Below, in pieces: positions 24,279 to 37,200 of a DNA stretch of 64,000 nt. The stretch is from positions 28,272,001 through 28,336,000 of the forward strand of contig CM114271.1 in NCBI GenBank assembly GCA_050084515.1, read 5' to 3'. Source of the stretch: Blasia pusilla (lineage: Eukaryota). The notes under the pieces are model-generated. The model was given only the letters and a program-made list of their open reading frames with translations. It had not been told where the DNA came from and ran no database searches. Each line of letters begins with the position of its first letter. Positions within the stretch are counted from its first letter, which is position 1. The translations under genes were made by a program, and so were the position numbers.

Positions 24279-25849
24279 TTTACCAACGGCCATTCGTCGA
24301 GATGTTGGTGAGATGTTGAATCTTGATGATCCTGATGTATGGATGCGAGCATATTCTCAGAGGGCTGAGTTATTTCGGAGAGTGATGCCCATGGCGTTTG
24401 AGAACTTGGCGATTGCGCAACACCGGGATACGTTGAGGTATGCGACTATTCGGGGAGGTAGTTATCTACCTACTATCGGGAGGTTTCATTAGGGAGACTA
24501 TGTCTACTTGCAGCAGACGGCACCCACAACGTTGGATGTGACTGCATGGGGCACCATCTTGAGAGTGCGTGAGGTTTTGCCATGTGGTGTTCTCTTATTG
24601 GAGGGACGCGATGGTATGGTTTGGAAGGATCATGTGCGTAACTGTGTGCCATGTCATCTTCTGAACACTGACGGTATAGTTGATCCGAGCTTAGCAATAG
24701 TTTTTGCAAGCTTGCGATGTATGTTGTGTGGTTCCGCGCGTGGTGCAGCCACTATGCTAGTCTATGATGCGTGTTCAAGAGAATGGCATATGGCATGTTT
24801 GACGCCACCTCTCCCTATGGTTTTTCAAGGACGATGGATGTGTCCTAGATGTACATAGAGTAAGTAGTTCTACATTCTGACTTATGTTTGTAACATGGAT
24901 GATAAGAAGGCGACTAACAACGGGGCCACATGAGCACCCGACCTTCTTGCTCTTACCGTCCGAGAGATGTATGTCATGGTAGGTAGGGATAGATGACTAT
25001 TTGGAGTTAGAGGGACCTAACCACCAGCTTAGGGGGCGATTGGAGATATTTTGGTACTTCTTGTCTCGTTGTTTGGATGCCATGAGTTACCATGGGATTA
25101 TGTGTGTTCGATGATAACGATGTATGTTGCGTAGCAATATGTATACGCACGAAAATTTTCACGTCTTTTAGGATAGATCGGTAAGATCTAGTAGAACGCC
25201 TTTGTGAGTAGTGGAGGACAGGCTCTGTAAGTCGAGGATGACCTGTTGAGGCCCTGTGAAACCTGAGAGAGCAGGTTTTCCCTTCGTTTTGGCTCATTCA
25301 GAGCCATATTGAGGAACTTACTATTTTAGGTAAGTATCATCTGAGTATATTATCAACTTTATATTTTTGTTAAATGGTCCTTGACCTCCTACATCAGGTC
25401 AATAGCCAAGGAGGTGACTTGGGAGCATAGGTTACGATGGAGAGAGCTTGGGAGAGAGGAGGGATATACCTCAAGGAAAGAGAGCTTGAGAGCGCATTCT
25501 CTCTTTGTTGAACCTCTTGGCATGAGGCGGCGGAACTATGGTCTTGCTTGCCTTGTGTGTGTAACCCAAGCCTCTCATTAGGAGAGTGGGTTTGGTTTGA
25601 CATTGAGAGAGACATATGAGACTACGCACATGTGAGAACTATGATGTTGTGAGAGAGATTGGATCTTATTTTATTGGAGATATTTTGGTACTTCTAGTTT
25701 CGTTGTTTGAATGCCATAAGTTAGCATGAGATCGTGCGTGTTTGTGTGTGTGTTCGGTGACAGCGATGTATGTTGTGTAGCAATGTGTATGCGCACAAAA
25801 AATACAAAAGTAGTTGAAGTTATTGATACCCATTCAAACATGGAGAGGA

Positions 25850-28800
25850 AAGGATTATTGGATCCGAACCGTATTGTTGGCCATAATGAAAGCTTTGGCG
25901 ACGAGAAAAGGATGCAGCAAGAGTCCTTGGGTTAGAGAACCTTAGGTGTCCATGCAATGAGTGCAAGGGGGTCAAACTGAGATTAATATGTGTAGTTGAG
26001 GGGCATATGATTCTCTACAAACGGTATCCTTTAATTAGAATTCGGAGAAACACATAAGATTATGACTCTTCTGATGAAGAGTGGGATAAAAGTGTCCACT
26101 TCGGTTTCAAGGATCGTCAAGATGACTTGAACTATCATGAGGATGGTTTGACTAACCATATCAACAAGACAAATTTTGGCGAAAGGCTTGATGAGGGTGT
26201 AGATATCCACAAGATGATAAACGAAGCATTCCATCAGTACAATGAAGCCTTGAGGGGTGAGCGCAAACCAGATTTTGACAAGCAAAGAGAAAAAAATCCT
26301 GAAAATGAAGACATGACATCTGAGATTGGAATTAATGGAGAGCATGGGAAGATGAAGACATGATCTTTGACTCTACAATTGTGCAGCATGGGTGTCAACC
26401 TTTATTCAAGGGGAGCCAAACTAGTATCATAGCATTCACAATGTTATTGTTGAACATATATAGCACACATAATGTTTCAAATATTGTTGTGTATGAGCTA
26501 TTGAGGTTTCTATGGGTACAAGTCCTACCCAAAGACAACGTTCTTCCCAAAAATCACTTCGCTGCAGAGAAGCTAATGTCTGAATTATGTGCAAATCCAT
26601 GCTTGTCCTAATGGATGTATGCTATTTCAAGGAGTGCATTCAAACTTGAATGAGTGCTCCAAATGCAATGCCCAAAGGTATAGAGATTTTGGCAAAAGTA
26701 AGATAGCAGAAAAGGTTCTTAGGTATTTCTCGATTGTCCCCTGTTTAAAATGCATGTATACATGCAAGTCCTTAGTTGAGTTATTTACATGGACAAGTTC
26801 AAATAAGAGTCTAGATGGCAAGGTTAGAAATCCAAGGGATTCTAAACAATAGAAACATATAAATGATTCATGGCCAAATTTTGCAATGGAGCCTTGCAAT
26901 TGTCGATTTGGGCTAGCATTAGATGGAGTAAATCCTTTTAGTAATAAGAAAAATGTCCGGTCTACTTGGCCAATAGTCTTAGTGAATTATAATCTACTTC
27001 CTTGGTTGTGCACCAAGAAGTTCTTCCTCCAATTGGCTATGATTATTCCTGGGAAAGAATCTGTGACATCCAATAACTTGGATGTCTACTTGTCTCCACT
27101 AATTGAGGAGTTGCAATTGTTGTGGAAAGGAGTCAAAGCATATGATAGTACTCAACCAGCCAGAAGGGGTGGATTTATTCTTAGAGCTATGGTAATGTGG
27201 ACAATTAATGACTATCTTGGTCTTGGAATCATATCAGGCCAATCCACCAAAGGATTGCTTGGGTGTTGTGTTTGTGGGCCGCGGGTGGACTCATACTACT
27301 CTAAGCCCTTACACAAGCCCACATTTCAAGGCCACAAACGTCACAAAGATAGGGATCATCCATACATGAGGAATTCTATGGTGCACTTGTTCAATCGAAA
27401 GGTCGAGACACGTGCATCTCTAGATCAAGTTTCAAGTGCTGAGATACTAGAGTGGTCCCAACTGAAGATGGAATTTGGAGATGCCCCTAAAACCAAGCAA
27501 AGGCGAGGTGAACCTTGCCTTGTACATCCTTAAAAAAAGTATGGTGTCCAAAGAAGGAGCATACTTTTTTACTTGCCTTATTGGAAGGTAAGACTAATAT
27601 CACTTTTCTTGAAGTGTATAATTTTTTTCAATTTCTTCATTGCTTTAGCCATAAAAATACTCTCAATCTCATGCCCATTGAGGGACTGGTTGATTTTTAG
27701 GACTTGTTGATCCAACATATTTGGATTTGATGCATTGTGAACAAAATCTTGTTGATAATATAACAAAACCATATTTGGCTTGCATAAGAAAGATTCTATC
27801 CAAGTTAGGCAGGATATGTAGATGAGGGATATCCGTCCTCACTTATGGCTTCAATCTCATCCTACTAGAGCCATAGTTAAGTTGAAACCAAAAGCAGATT
27901 ATGTGCTAACGGTTGATGAGATGAAAGTTTTCTATGCTAGAGTAAGGGCACTCAAAGTGCCTACTAGTTATGCTGGTGCTTTACAAAAGCATAACTAGTA
28001 GGCGAAGTTGGGAGCTTAAAGTCCCATGACTTGCATATCTTTATGTAACAATTATTGCCATATTGTTTACATACGTGGTCTGATGAAAGTTCCCATCAGA
28101 ATGACAATCATGAGGATGTCGCAAGTATTTCATAGACTAAGTGTAAAAACATGGGATCCAATATATATGGAATCTTTGAAAGAGGATGTGTCGACCACTT
28201 TATGCCTCATGGAAATTCATTTCCCCCCTTCTTTCTTTGATGTCATGACTTATCCAATGATTCATCTAGTAGAGGAGCTTGATATATGCGGCCGTGTTGC
28301 AACTCGATGGATGTATCCCATTGAGAGGTACTTGGGTGTCTTGAAAGAGTATGTAAGGTCTCGAGCTAGACCATAGGCTTGTATGGCTGAAGGATATATA
28401 CTCGATGAAGCCTTGGGATTTATCACAGAGTATATGCAAGATTATACAATTTTACAAACAAGGGTGTGGGATGCATATGAAGAGGAGGATGTCCTTGGCA
28501 AAGTAATGGAAGGGCCGGCATTAAACAACAACTGAGTGTTGAACTACTCGAAGTAGCACACAAATATGTTTTAGAAAATAGCGAATGCTTCACAAGCTGG
28601 ATGGAGTAAGTATCTTCTGATTTAACCTTGAAGGAGATTTGCCATGTTATTCATTAATATTGGATACTAAGCCTTGGGTTGACTAGATATACATGATTTT
28701 TTTCCATGTAGAATATTTAGTGTCAAGAAGACAGGTGACGAGACTTTCTCTCAATGGATACGTACAAAGATCAAGAGTTTAGTTGCGGAGGGGAAGGAAG

Positions 28801-29254
28801 TAGAAGATTTGGCTATCAAGTCATCCATACCTCCTTCACGCCATTATCTTTCTTATAAGAAAATGAAAGCATATGGGAATCATTATAGAGTTGAAGATAG
28901 TGGGTCGTTTGCTACATATGACTCTGGAATTGCATCTATCTTCTTATCCAAGAATCATGGTGAAGTTAGAGAAGATACTTATGTGGGGGTCTTAATAGAT
29001 ATCCTAGCATTAGACTACAGTATGAAAGATCCAATGGTGTTGATGAGAGGGAGATGTGTTCAATCAACTTGGGACCCTCCTCATCCTTCAATGATTCGTG
29101 ATAAAATGGTTTTTTGTTGGCTAATTTCAAAACACTTCTACCATTAAATTGTGATCCTTTTGTATTTCCAAGCCAAGTAGAGCAAGTTTTCTATGCCGAT
29201 GTGGAGGAGAAGCTAGGTTGGAAAATATTCATACAAAAACCTACAAGATCTCGA

Positions 29255-29285
<31 letters not shown>

Positions 29286-29520
29286 GGGGGGAATTGATAT
29301 ATTAACGAATGATAATGTTGAGCCTTCAGCCTTTCAAGCACCTACAAACCTGGATATAGAAGTCCCAAACGTATCTTTGGTTGGGGCAATAACACTTACT
29401 ACATCAAAACTAGCTTTGACAACTATTGGTTTGCCTCTAGAAGATAGAGATAGAGAGTTTGGATCCTCAGATGATGAGTCATTGCAAAGTTCTAGCGATG
29501 GTTGTAACTATGATATATAA
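25850..29520 (+). pseudogene. CACTA transposase (Tnp2/TnpD-like), disrupted
   Basis: IHACPNGCMLF, FGLALDGVNPF, STWPIVLVNYNLLPW, LDVYLSPLIEELQLLW, MWTINDY, FPPSFFDVM, WMYPIERY, DPFVFPSQVEQVFY. Confidence 0.9.
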
Positions 29521-30427
29521 ATGTTTTGCACATCGATCGGTTATTTTTTGCCATGTTCTTTGGCCTAGTAACCTAGTTTGAGTTTTTAAATTCCAATATG
29601 ATGTTGTTTGTTCCTATATATTTTTTCCAAGTTTCTTAATATCCAAGCTCTGGTCCGAGCTAGTCTGACGCTAGTTGAGGATTTCTCGTTATCTGAATCT
29701 CTCTTGAACTTGTAGATATTATGTTTACTCCATGATGTTTGTAACACCTTAGTAAGCCAAAAAATCTTGAATATATGTCAACTTTGTTTGTTGCTATTGT
29801 GATATTCACGTGTATTGACTAGTGCAAACAGAGAACTCTTCCAACAAGGGTCATGAAAGGAGGCAACAGGAATGCTACGAGGTAGTAAGAGAAGAACTTG
29901 TGCTCTTGCTCAGAAGTAGCAGTTTGTAATGCTGCCACAATCATATTATCAGCAATGTTGTGTTCTTTGACTTTCCTATGATGATTTAGGAATCATAAGA
30001 GCTATTATGGACATAGCTATAAGAGCATAAGAGCATAAGAGCTATTAGTAATTAGAGATAGTAGGAATGAGAGTGGATTTGTTCAATGCTTTGTAAAATC
30101 AGGTTTTACTTCCAATGTTCTAAACACATGTGTTGAATTTCCTGAGCATAGGTCAAAAACTCTTGCAACAAGTGCAGATTCATCATCTCCAAAGACAATA
30201 TCATCTCGTGGATGGACCACGGTAAACCTGATGGAAGATTTGACTTCAAAGGAGGATAGATTTTGTAGTGAGGCAGTGCTGGATTCTCAACATCCACTCC
30301 TCTGAGCACCATTGATTTGATCGGCCCCCTTTTATGAGGAGAAGCCTGGATCGATGGTTCCGACTTAGACGTCGAAGGAGTCATAGTAATATGACGTAGG
30401 TGGTTTACAGCGTAGCATTACTAGGTT

Positions 30428-30486
30428 TATCTAACCCTATATTGCATCAGGGTGCGGGGCACCCTGATGCAATATAGGGTTAGATA
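30428..30486. repeat. Perfect inverted repeat (28-bp arms, GGG loop)
   Basis: TATCTAACCCTATATTGCATCAGGGTGC-GGG-GCACCCTGATGCAATATAGGGTTAGATA. Confidence 0.95.
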
Positions 30487-30726
30487 GAAAATATAGGGCA
30501 ACATTTTTTTATTAATAGAAACAAAGAAAAATAGGTAAAAACCCTAGTTTTCCCGAGTAGTGAAATAGTCGGGAGCCGCAGTGGTAGCGCATTCTCGTAT
30601 GTCGAGTTATCTCCCAGTTTTGGTTCCATCGAAGCTCTTCTATGAGCGCACGGACGAACTAGGCCACTTTGTATCTCTAAGTTTTGTAAAGATTTCAGTG
30701 ATTTTGTCACTTTCTGTTTTCTCACA

Positions 30727-33700
30727 GGCAGATGAATCAGATCCTCACTTTGATGTAGCACTAGAAAGATCAGACCCCGAAGAGTCTGAATCTACCTGGC
30801 CCACAAAAATGAGGTCTCCTCATTACAAGAGCAAACGACCAAATCAGTTAGATATATTTATGACACAATCTATTGATTCAGTTGGGAGTGCTTCTTGTTT
30901 GTAAGTAATTAGATTTGAAGACCGTGTGTAACATAGTGAAGTTTACGATGTGAATAGGGTGTGAACCCAAAAGACAAGAATTCTAGGTTGCAAAAGGGTC
31001 CATATACAGGCCCACAATGGCCTATGCAAGGGTATAGTTATCCAATGCAACAATGGCCAACAACAATGGCAGGTATGGTTGTTCAGTCATTCTCGAAATG
31101 AATTACGAATGTAGTTGTTTCTAATGGAAAATATTTTGAATGATAGTAATTTCCATACCTCATGTGACCATTTTGGATGTTACAAGGTCCATTCCAATAG
31201 GTTGGGGCCCCTACTCTACAATTGGTACTTTCTATCCACCCCCACCTCAACCTTCCATGGTTGAGTGGCCCATTGGAGCCCAAAAACCTCTTAGTAAGTA
31301 ATTAAAACATTAATTTAACTACCCATTCTTCAAAGTAATGCTATAATGCATAGCATCTGATCCTACATTGAAATTGCATGGACTTGATATTTTTCTCCAT
31401 AAGGTATTTATTGTGATGATGATAATTATCTTCTTATATAGACTCTTCCATTGCTCGAATGAGGAGAAAAGAGGAGTATGAGACATGGAAAGCTACATGC
31501 AAAGTTCGAGAGCGTCTGGGTTTGTTGCCTATTGTGGAAGTAACCTCCAATGGTGAGACAGTTTATTGTTGCAAAGGTAAGGCAGTGTGGTATGATGATG
31601 TAAAAGCTTATGTTCATCGCCACCTTGATCTAAACATTTTTTATGTTAGTAAACAATGTGATCATGATCTCAAGACTATTCGTTGGGAGTAAGACTCACG
31701 CTATGAATAAAAGGCGGTGAGGTCACTGAAAATTTTTGGTAAGTTGTCTACAAGATATTCTCAAGAGAGAAAGGGCTAGGTTGAAAAAAAGTATGGAAAG
31801 AACAAGGGGCTGTGTAGGAGATTCCCCCACCCCTAGATGTGAATCCTAGGACATAGCAAAATTTGAAAGCGTATTGGATAGTCGCCTAAGGGTGAGTCCA
31901 GATCTCAAAGAATGAAGGCAAATAGAAAAAAGGTGAAGGAAAATAGAGCAAAGGTGGAGCATATGAATCCAAATGGTCCAAGAGGATACGATGGGCAGAG
32001 GAATTACATGGTAAGTCAAATGTTACTATTTCCATAAAATGTTGGTGGTATTTTTTGTAATGGTGCCAGGGTAAAATGGTTGTATTTACATTGTTTGTGT
32101 ATTTGATTGTGTAGAGAAAAGAGCGTGGTGCTCGTCCCTCATTACAAGACTTGGAGGAGTCTTTGGGTGTGGCTCAAAAAATAGAAAAAGTCACCAATCA
32201 GTGAGCACTAAGGCATGTAAAATTGTACATTTGAAAATAGAGCATTGCACATATCTATCTAGAAGGATTACTATAGAAAATTCCTTTCGTGCGTGCACTT
32301 ATTTTAGCTTCATAGGTAGTAGTGTATATGATCTTCTAATATTATAATGTGTTGACTTATTCATACACATTTTTATGACTAAATGTGAACTTATATGTAC
32401 TTGTGTGGCTTTGGGTAGAGTGAGGTGACATCCTTAACCAATAGAATGGAGAGGTTTGAGAAACAATGTGAGACTATCCAAACCGAGGTAGTCACTATGA
32501 AAGAATCTCTTACCCACATGATGGATATGCTTCAGCATTTGACTAAAGTGGTTTCAACCACGAGTAGTCATGGAGATGATGGAGGAGATCCTCATGTTCC
32601 ATGTGTTCATGATCCTCCTATTGCTGCTAAAACTCTCCATGCTCAATCTCTTTCTTGAAGTCTTCCTACTCCCAAGATATAGCCTCCTTCTTTGCAGTCT
32701 TTTCTTCCCCATCCTACCTTGCCAAACATGGCTTCTAGTGCTTCCACCAAGAGTCCTTGGAAACCATTGGTATCTAAATCTGCAATTTCTAGGGTTGTCG
32801 ATTCCACCTATGAATGTATCGATCCTTCCCTCCCTATCGAAGATCAGCACGCTGAAGTAGACGCAAGTATTGATCCACTTGACACTCTTGAATCACAAGA
32901 GGTGAAAGAAAATGTTGATATTCATCAAGCAATGAAGGAGAAGGAGCAGCCCAGAAAGGAGCAACTTGCAAAGCTGAAATCAAAACAAAAGGTTTTAACG
33001 ATGCAAGATAGGAAAGAAAAGCATCAAGTAAGTTTCATGCCTTAAGCATTTTTATTTGATATGATGATACTTTGAATCATTTGATGGAATCCTTGTTGCT
33101 TACATGAGATTCATATATCTGTACAAAAATTGATGATATGTTGATTTCTTTTGTAGAATTGCATGCCATTGGATGGTGTCGTGCGCATACACATCGCTAC
33201 ACAACATACATCCTTGTCATCGAACACACACACAAACACGCATGATCCCATGCTAACTCATGGCATCCAAACAACGAGACAAGAAGTACCAAAATATCTC
33301 CAATTAAAGTAAGATCCAATCTCTCTCTCCACCATCTCACACCATAGCTCTCAAAGGTGTGCACTCTCTCTCATGTAAAACCAAACCCACTCTCCTAATG
33401 AGAGGCTTGGGTTACACTCACAAGGCAAGGTACCATAGCTCCGCCGCCTCATGCCAAGAGGTTCAACAAAGAGAGAATGAGCTCTCAAGCTCTCTCTCCT
33501 TGAGGTATACCCCTCCTCTCTCCCAAGCTCTCTCCATGGTAACCTATTATCCCAAGTCACCTCCTTGGCTCTTGACCTAATGTAGGAGGTCAAGGGCCAC
33601 GTACCAAAAATAGTAAGTTGATCATATACTCAAAATGGTACTTACCTAAAATAGTAAGTTTCTCAATATGGCTCCAAATGAGCCGAAACGAAGGGGAAAC

Positions 33701-34246
33701 CTGCTATCTCAGGTTTCCAAGGGCCTCAGCAGGTCACCCTCGACCTACTGGGCGTGTCCTCCACTACTCATGAAGGCGCTCTATTAGATCTCACCGATCT
33801 ATCTTAAAAGACGTGACAATGATCTTGGAGTCTTGGCATTCTCTTCTAAACTTCCAAAACATGGTTGGAGTCTTAAAAAGGTAAGTAGTGGGATTTCAAT
33901 ATGGTCATCTAGATAGATTATTTGGAAAACATCAACTTTATCTCCTTTAAGCATTGTTCTTTTGCAGTTAACAATAGGAGATCAGGTATATTTGTCAAAA
34001 AGCCGCAAGGGATGGGAGCATGTTGGAGTTGGAAGAGTATCAGGCATCGTTGGTTGAAAAAAGTGCCATGGTAAATTTATCCCACTTGGTGTCATTAAGG
34101 TGGAAGTGATTGAGATAAATGATCCTGATGCAAAGTTGCCCTATCCAAATTTAGATGATATGCCGCCACAAACACACTTGAAGCATGCAACGGGGACTTC
34201 TGTTTTGTGGCCTCAGCAATCAGTCAAAAAAATCATTCCTCCATAA
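30727..34246 (+). pseudogene. Putative CACTA TnpA-like multi-exon gene remnant
   Basis: Short exon-like ORFs bounded by AG/GT sites downstream of the transposase; last segment contains DPDAKLPYP-like sequence; product assigned by position only. Confidence 0.4.
33177..33818 (-). repeat. Solo A-B unit of the methyltransferase-Gypsy family
   Basis: A 33818-33304 followed by B 33303-33177; TG...CA ends; flanks ATGG/ATGA. Confidence 0.9.
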
Positions 34247-37200
34247 GCGTAGAGTATTTCTTGAACTTTCAATAGCATTCTTTTAAGAGAGGAGGCACTT
34301 TTTCAGGCTTGGAAGTTGCCACTTGATCTCTCATTTTTCCTAATTATACTCTTGCAGCTGATTATGATAAACTTTAACTTCGGTTTCTCTAACTAGGATG
34401 TGTAAGAATTTTTTGTTCAATAAAATTCCTTGCAATCTTTTTATGATGTCTTTCATTCCATCTCACCACGACTTGAGTTTCATAGCTACTTCTAGATGAC
34501 TATAAAATCAAAGTCGAGACTCTATATCACTGAGAGACTCTTTGTGGAGATAACTTGGATTTCTACAAAGCTCGACATGCTTGCTGCATTTGAAATTAGT
34601 TGTACGAAATACTTGAATATGCCATTAATGTAAACTTTTGATGATCATATTCATAAAGTAACTTGAGCTTCATAAGTGCAAGGATAAGACATGACTCAAT
34701 TTCTCATGTAACTAGTTGAAACTTTTCAAATACCCAAACATGCAAACTGAATTATTAAATAAATACAACTGAATTTTGGTATATGATACCTTGGATTTAG
34801 TTTCATATTAATCATGAACTAGTCTCAAACCTACATTTACAACTGGATCTAGTCAATTTTGGAGATCTAAAACTAACCGTATAGTGCGTAGTATCTAAAT
34901 ACAACTACATATTTAAAACATCCAAAAATACCACTAAACGACTAAAGAAATACAAGTAGTTTCTGATACAAGATATGTCCATTGGCTTTAGTTTCATATT
35001 AACCATAAACTAGTCTCAAACCAACGTTTACAACAAGATCTAGTCAAGAGAACTATCCGTAGTATCTTAAATACAACTATAAATATCAATGACCATTCTT
35101 GAAGTGACATGTGTCAGGACGCAACTCTACCACAACCATATTTCGCAATCTCGTATGCCACATGGCAAAATTAGACACGCATAATTAAGAACAATGCATT
35201 GATCTATCAATACGTGTCCACGTTACATGCATGCATGTGGAATATGCATGATTGTAGTCCACATCATTATTTGGCCATTGCCATGTCATCCTAGACTGAT
35301 TGATGATTGGGATGGATTTGGTGTACAATTGTCACATCATCCATGCTTTCACAATGCCATGTAAGATTGTTGATATGTCAATACACAACTAGAAATCCAA
35401 TATAAGGAGTCCTTTGACAATACATGTTTGTTAGTTGTTACTTGTAGTCATCAGTTGTAATAAAAAATATACAACTATGCATAGTTGTAAATGTTAGTGT
35501 CTAAATAGTAACTTCCTTCTAGTGTTAGAGTCTTGTTTGTGGCAGTTCTTCACTCTTTATGAGAGTATATCATATCAACGAAGATGTAATATTTACCGAT
35601 TATTAGGTTGGGGTTGGGATTAGGATATACCTCAGAGATTGAACTCCAAAATAGGGAAAATATAAGATTTTAAACTTTCATCGATCTTTGAGAACGAGTG
35701 CCACTTTTTAGAAGGGGAGTGACCAAGTAGATATTTGGAGCCATAATATATTCTTTTTTATTCAACATTAAGCCATATTGAATTTGTTACTATGATTAGA
35801 ATAAAAATTATTGGTTGTAGTTAATTATATTGACGATTTCATTATCAAGCTACAATGCCAAACTTTGAGTAGTCTAGTGCAATTGAGGCCTAGAGTTGTG
35901 GTGATAAAACTTATAAGAGCAGCAATAGTAAGCAATCACAATAGGCAGGAAATCTCTTTCATAAACAATTGTGAAAATCATGCTATTAATATGTAAAGAT
36001 TATACTAAATGCCGCATGGAAAGGCTTTGAAATTGGATCTTTCTTAGTGGTCAAATTTATGACAGTCATATTTTTTGGAGGTCTTTTATAGTTAGTTACT
36101 TTGTATTTCCATAATCAAACAACCTAAAAAAAGATATCATGAACATCAATATTTACTATCAAGGGCTTATCCCCTTTTTATCATGAAGAGGAATAGAAAA
36201 TTCATTCGAATTAAAATGAAAGAATGAGGGAGAGATAATGTGAGGTTTTCAACTACTTTAGCCTTATAAGGTAAAATGAAAATATATGAATGTTCCCTTT
36301 TTTATAGGAGAGGGGAATAAAGGTAAGAAATAATTTGAAAATTCAGATGAGAATAGAAAAAGTGGTAAATTTTCAACAAAAGAAGGCCTAATAAGAAAAA
36401 AAAATTACCAAGGAGGGCTTACCTAAGGAAAGTTTTTAAAAGTGCTTGATTTTCAATAGAGTAAGCATAGAAAAAAGATCAAATTTCAAGAAGGAAAGCT
36501 TTCAAAATAATTGTCTTAATTGTTTAATAATTTTCAATAGGGAGTAACAAACAAAGAGATTTTTCCAAAAAGGCATAGTTTTACAAGGAACTTTTAAGAA
36601 AGTGACAACTTTCTAATATGAGAGAGGAATAGAGATAGGTAATCATTTTCTTAATAGGGGGAACCATATGAAATAATGCAATAGAAGACAACTTGAGAGG
36701 CATAAAGGACCAACCTTCATCTAATCCTCTCAAAAGAATCTTCTTTATTCCTATGCTAAGTGAAGGGATAAATCCTATCCACCTCATTCCCTACAAGGAA
36801 TGAGAGTGTACGGAGGACACAATCCATCTGTATCATCCTCTCTCCATTCATAGTTTTTGTAAAGTGGTGTATATAGACAATAGGCCAAATAAACCCTCTT
36901 GGATTTCCAAGGAGGACTATTTCATCTTTGGAGAGAGGGAAGGATTCCCTCTGACTTTGTGAGTTCACTCTCTATTCCTTTACATAGGAACGGAGGTTTT
37001 ATCCTTCCTCTCTCTAGAAAATGCACCTCTTCCCTTTTCATATTTTTACCTATGAAGAAATGGAGAGGATTTATCCCTATCCCTCATCTTCAATCTCCCC
37101 ATTAGCCAAAAATATATTGATTTAATAAATACTTACTATTTGTAATTTCTTAGCATATTTTAAAATAAAATTTCTGATTTCCACCCAATCGCCTCGTGCA

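Larger units (their letters stand above)
19148..25800 (+). mobile_element. Element E3: 3' part of a methyltransferase-Gypsy element (DNMT-RT-RH-IN-PHD-B-A-B), interrupted by E2 and a solo LTR
   Basis: VLDLFGGINIG, DLVIAGWPCQG, RT/RH/IN motifs, PHD at about 24715-24858, B1 25040-25154, A2 25157-25673, B2 25674-25800. Confidence 0.88.
25801..35524 (+). mobile_element. CACTA/EnSpm DNA transposon, decayed; left end outside the window
   Basis: Tnp2/TnpD-like motifs, a second spliced TnpA-like gene remnant, subterminal AAATACAACT repeats and right terminus ...CTTCCTTCTAGTG (CACTA on the minus strand). Confidence 0.85.

Noticed and set aside
29258-29285. Poly(T) run in the CACTA transposase
   Set aside because: Simple homopolymer expansion; no associated retrocopy or TSD seen.
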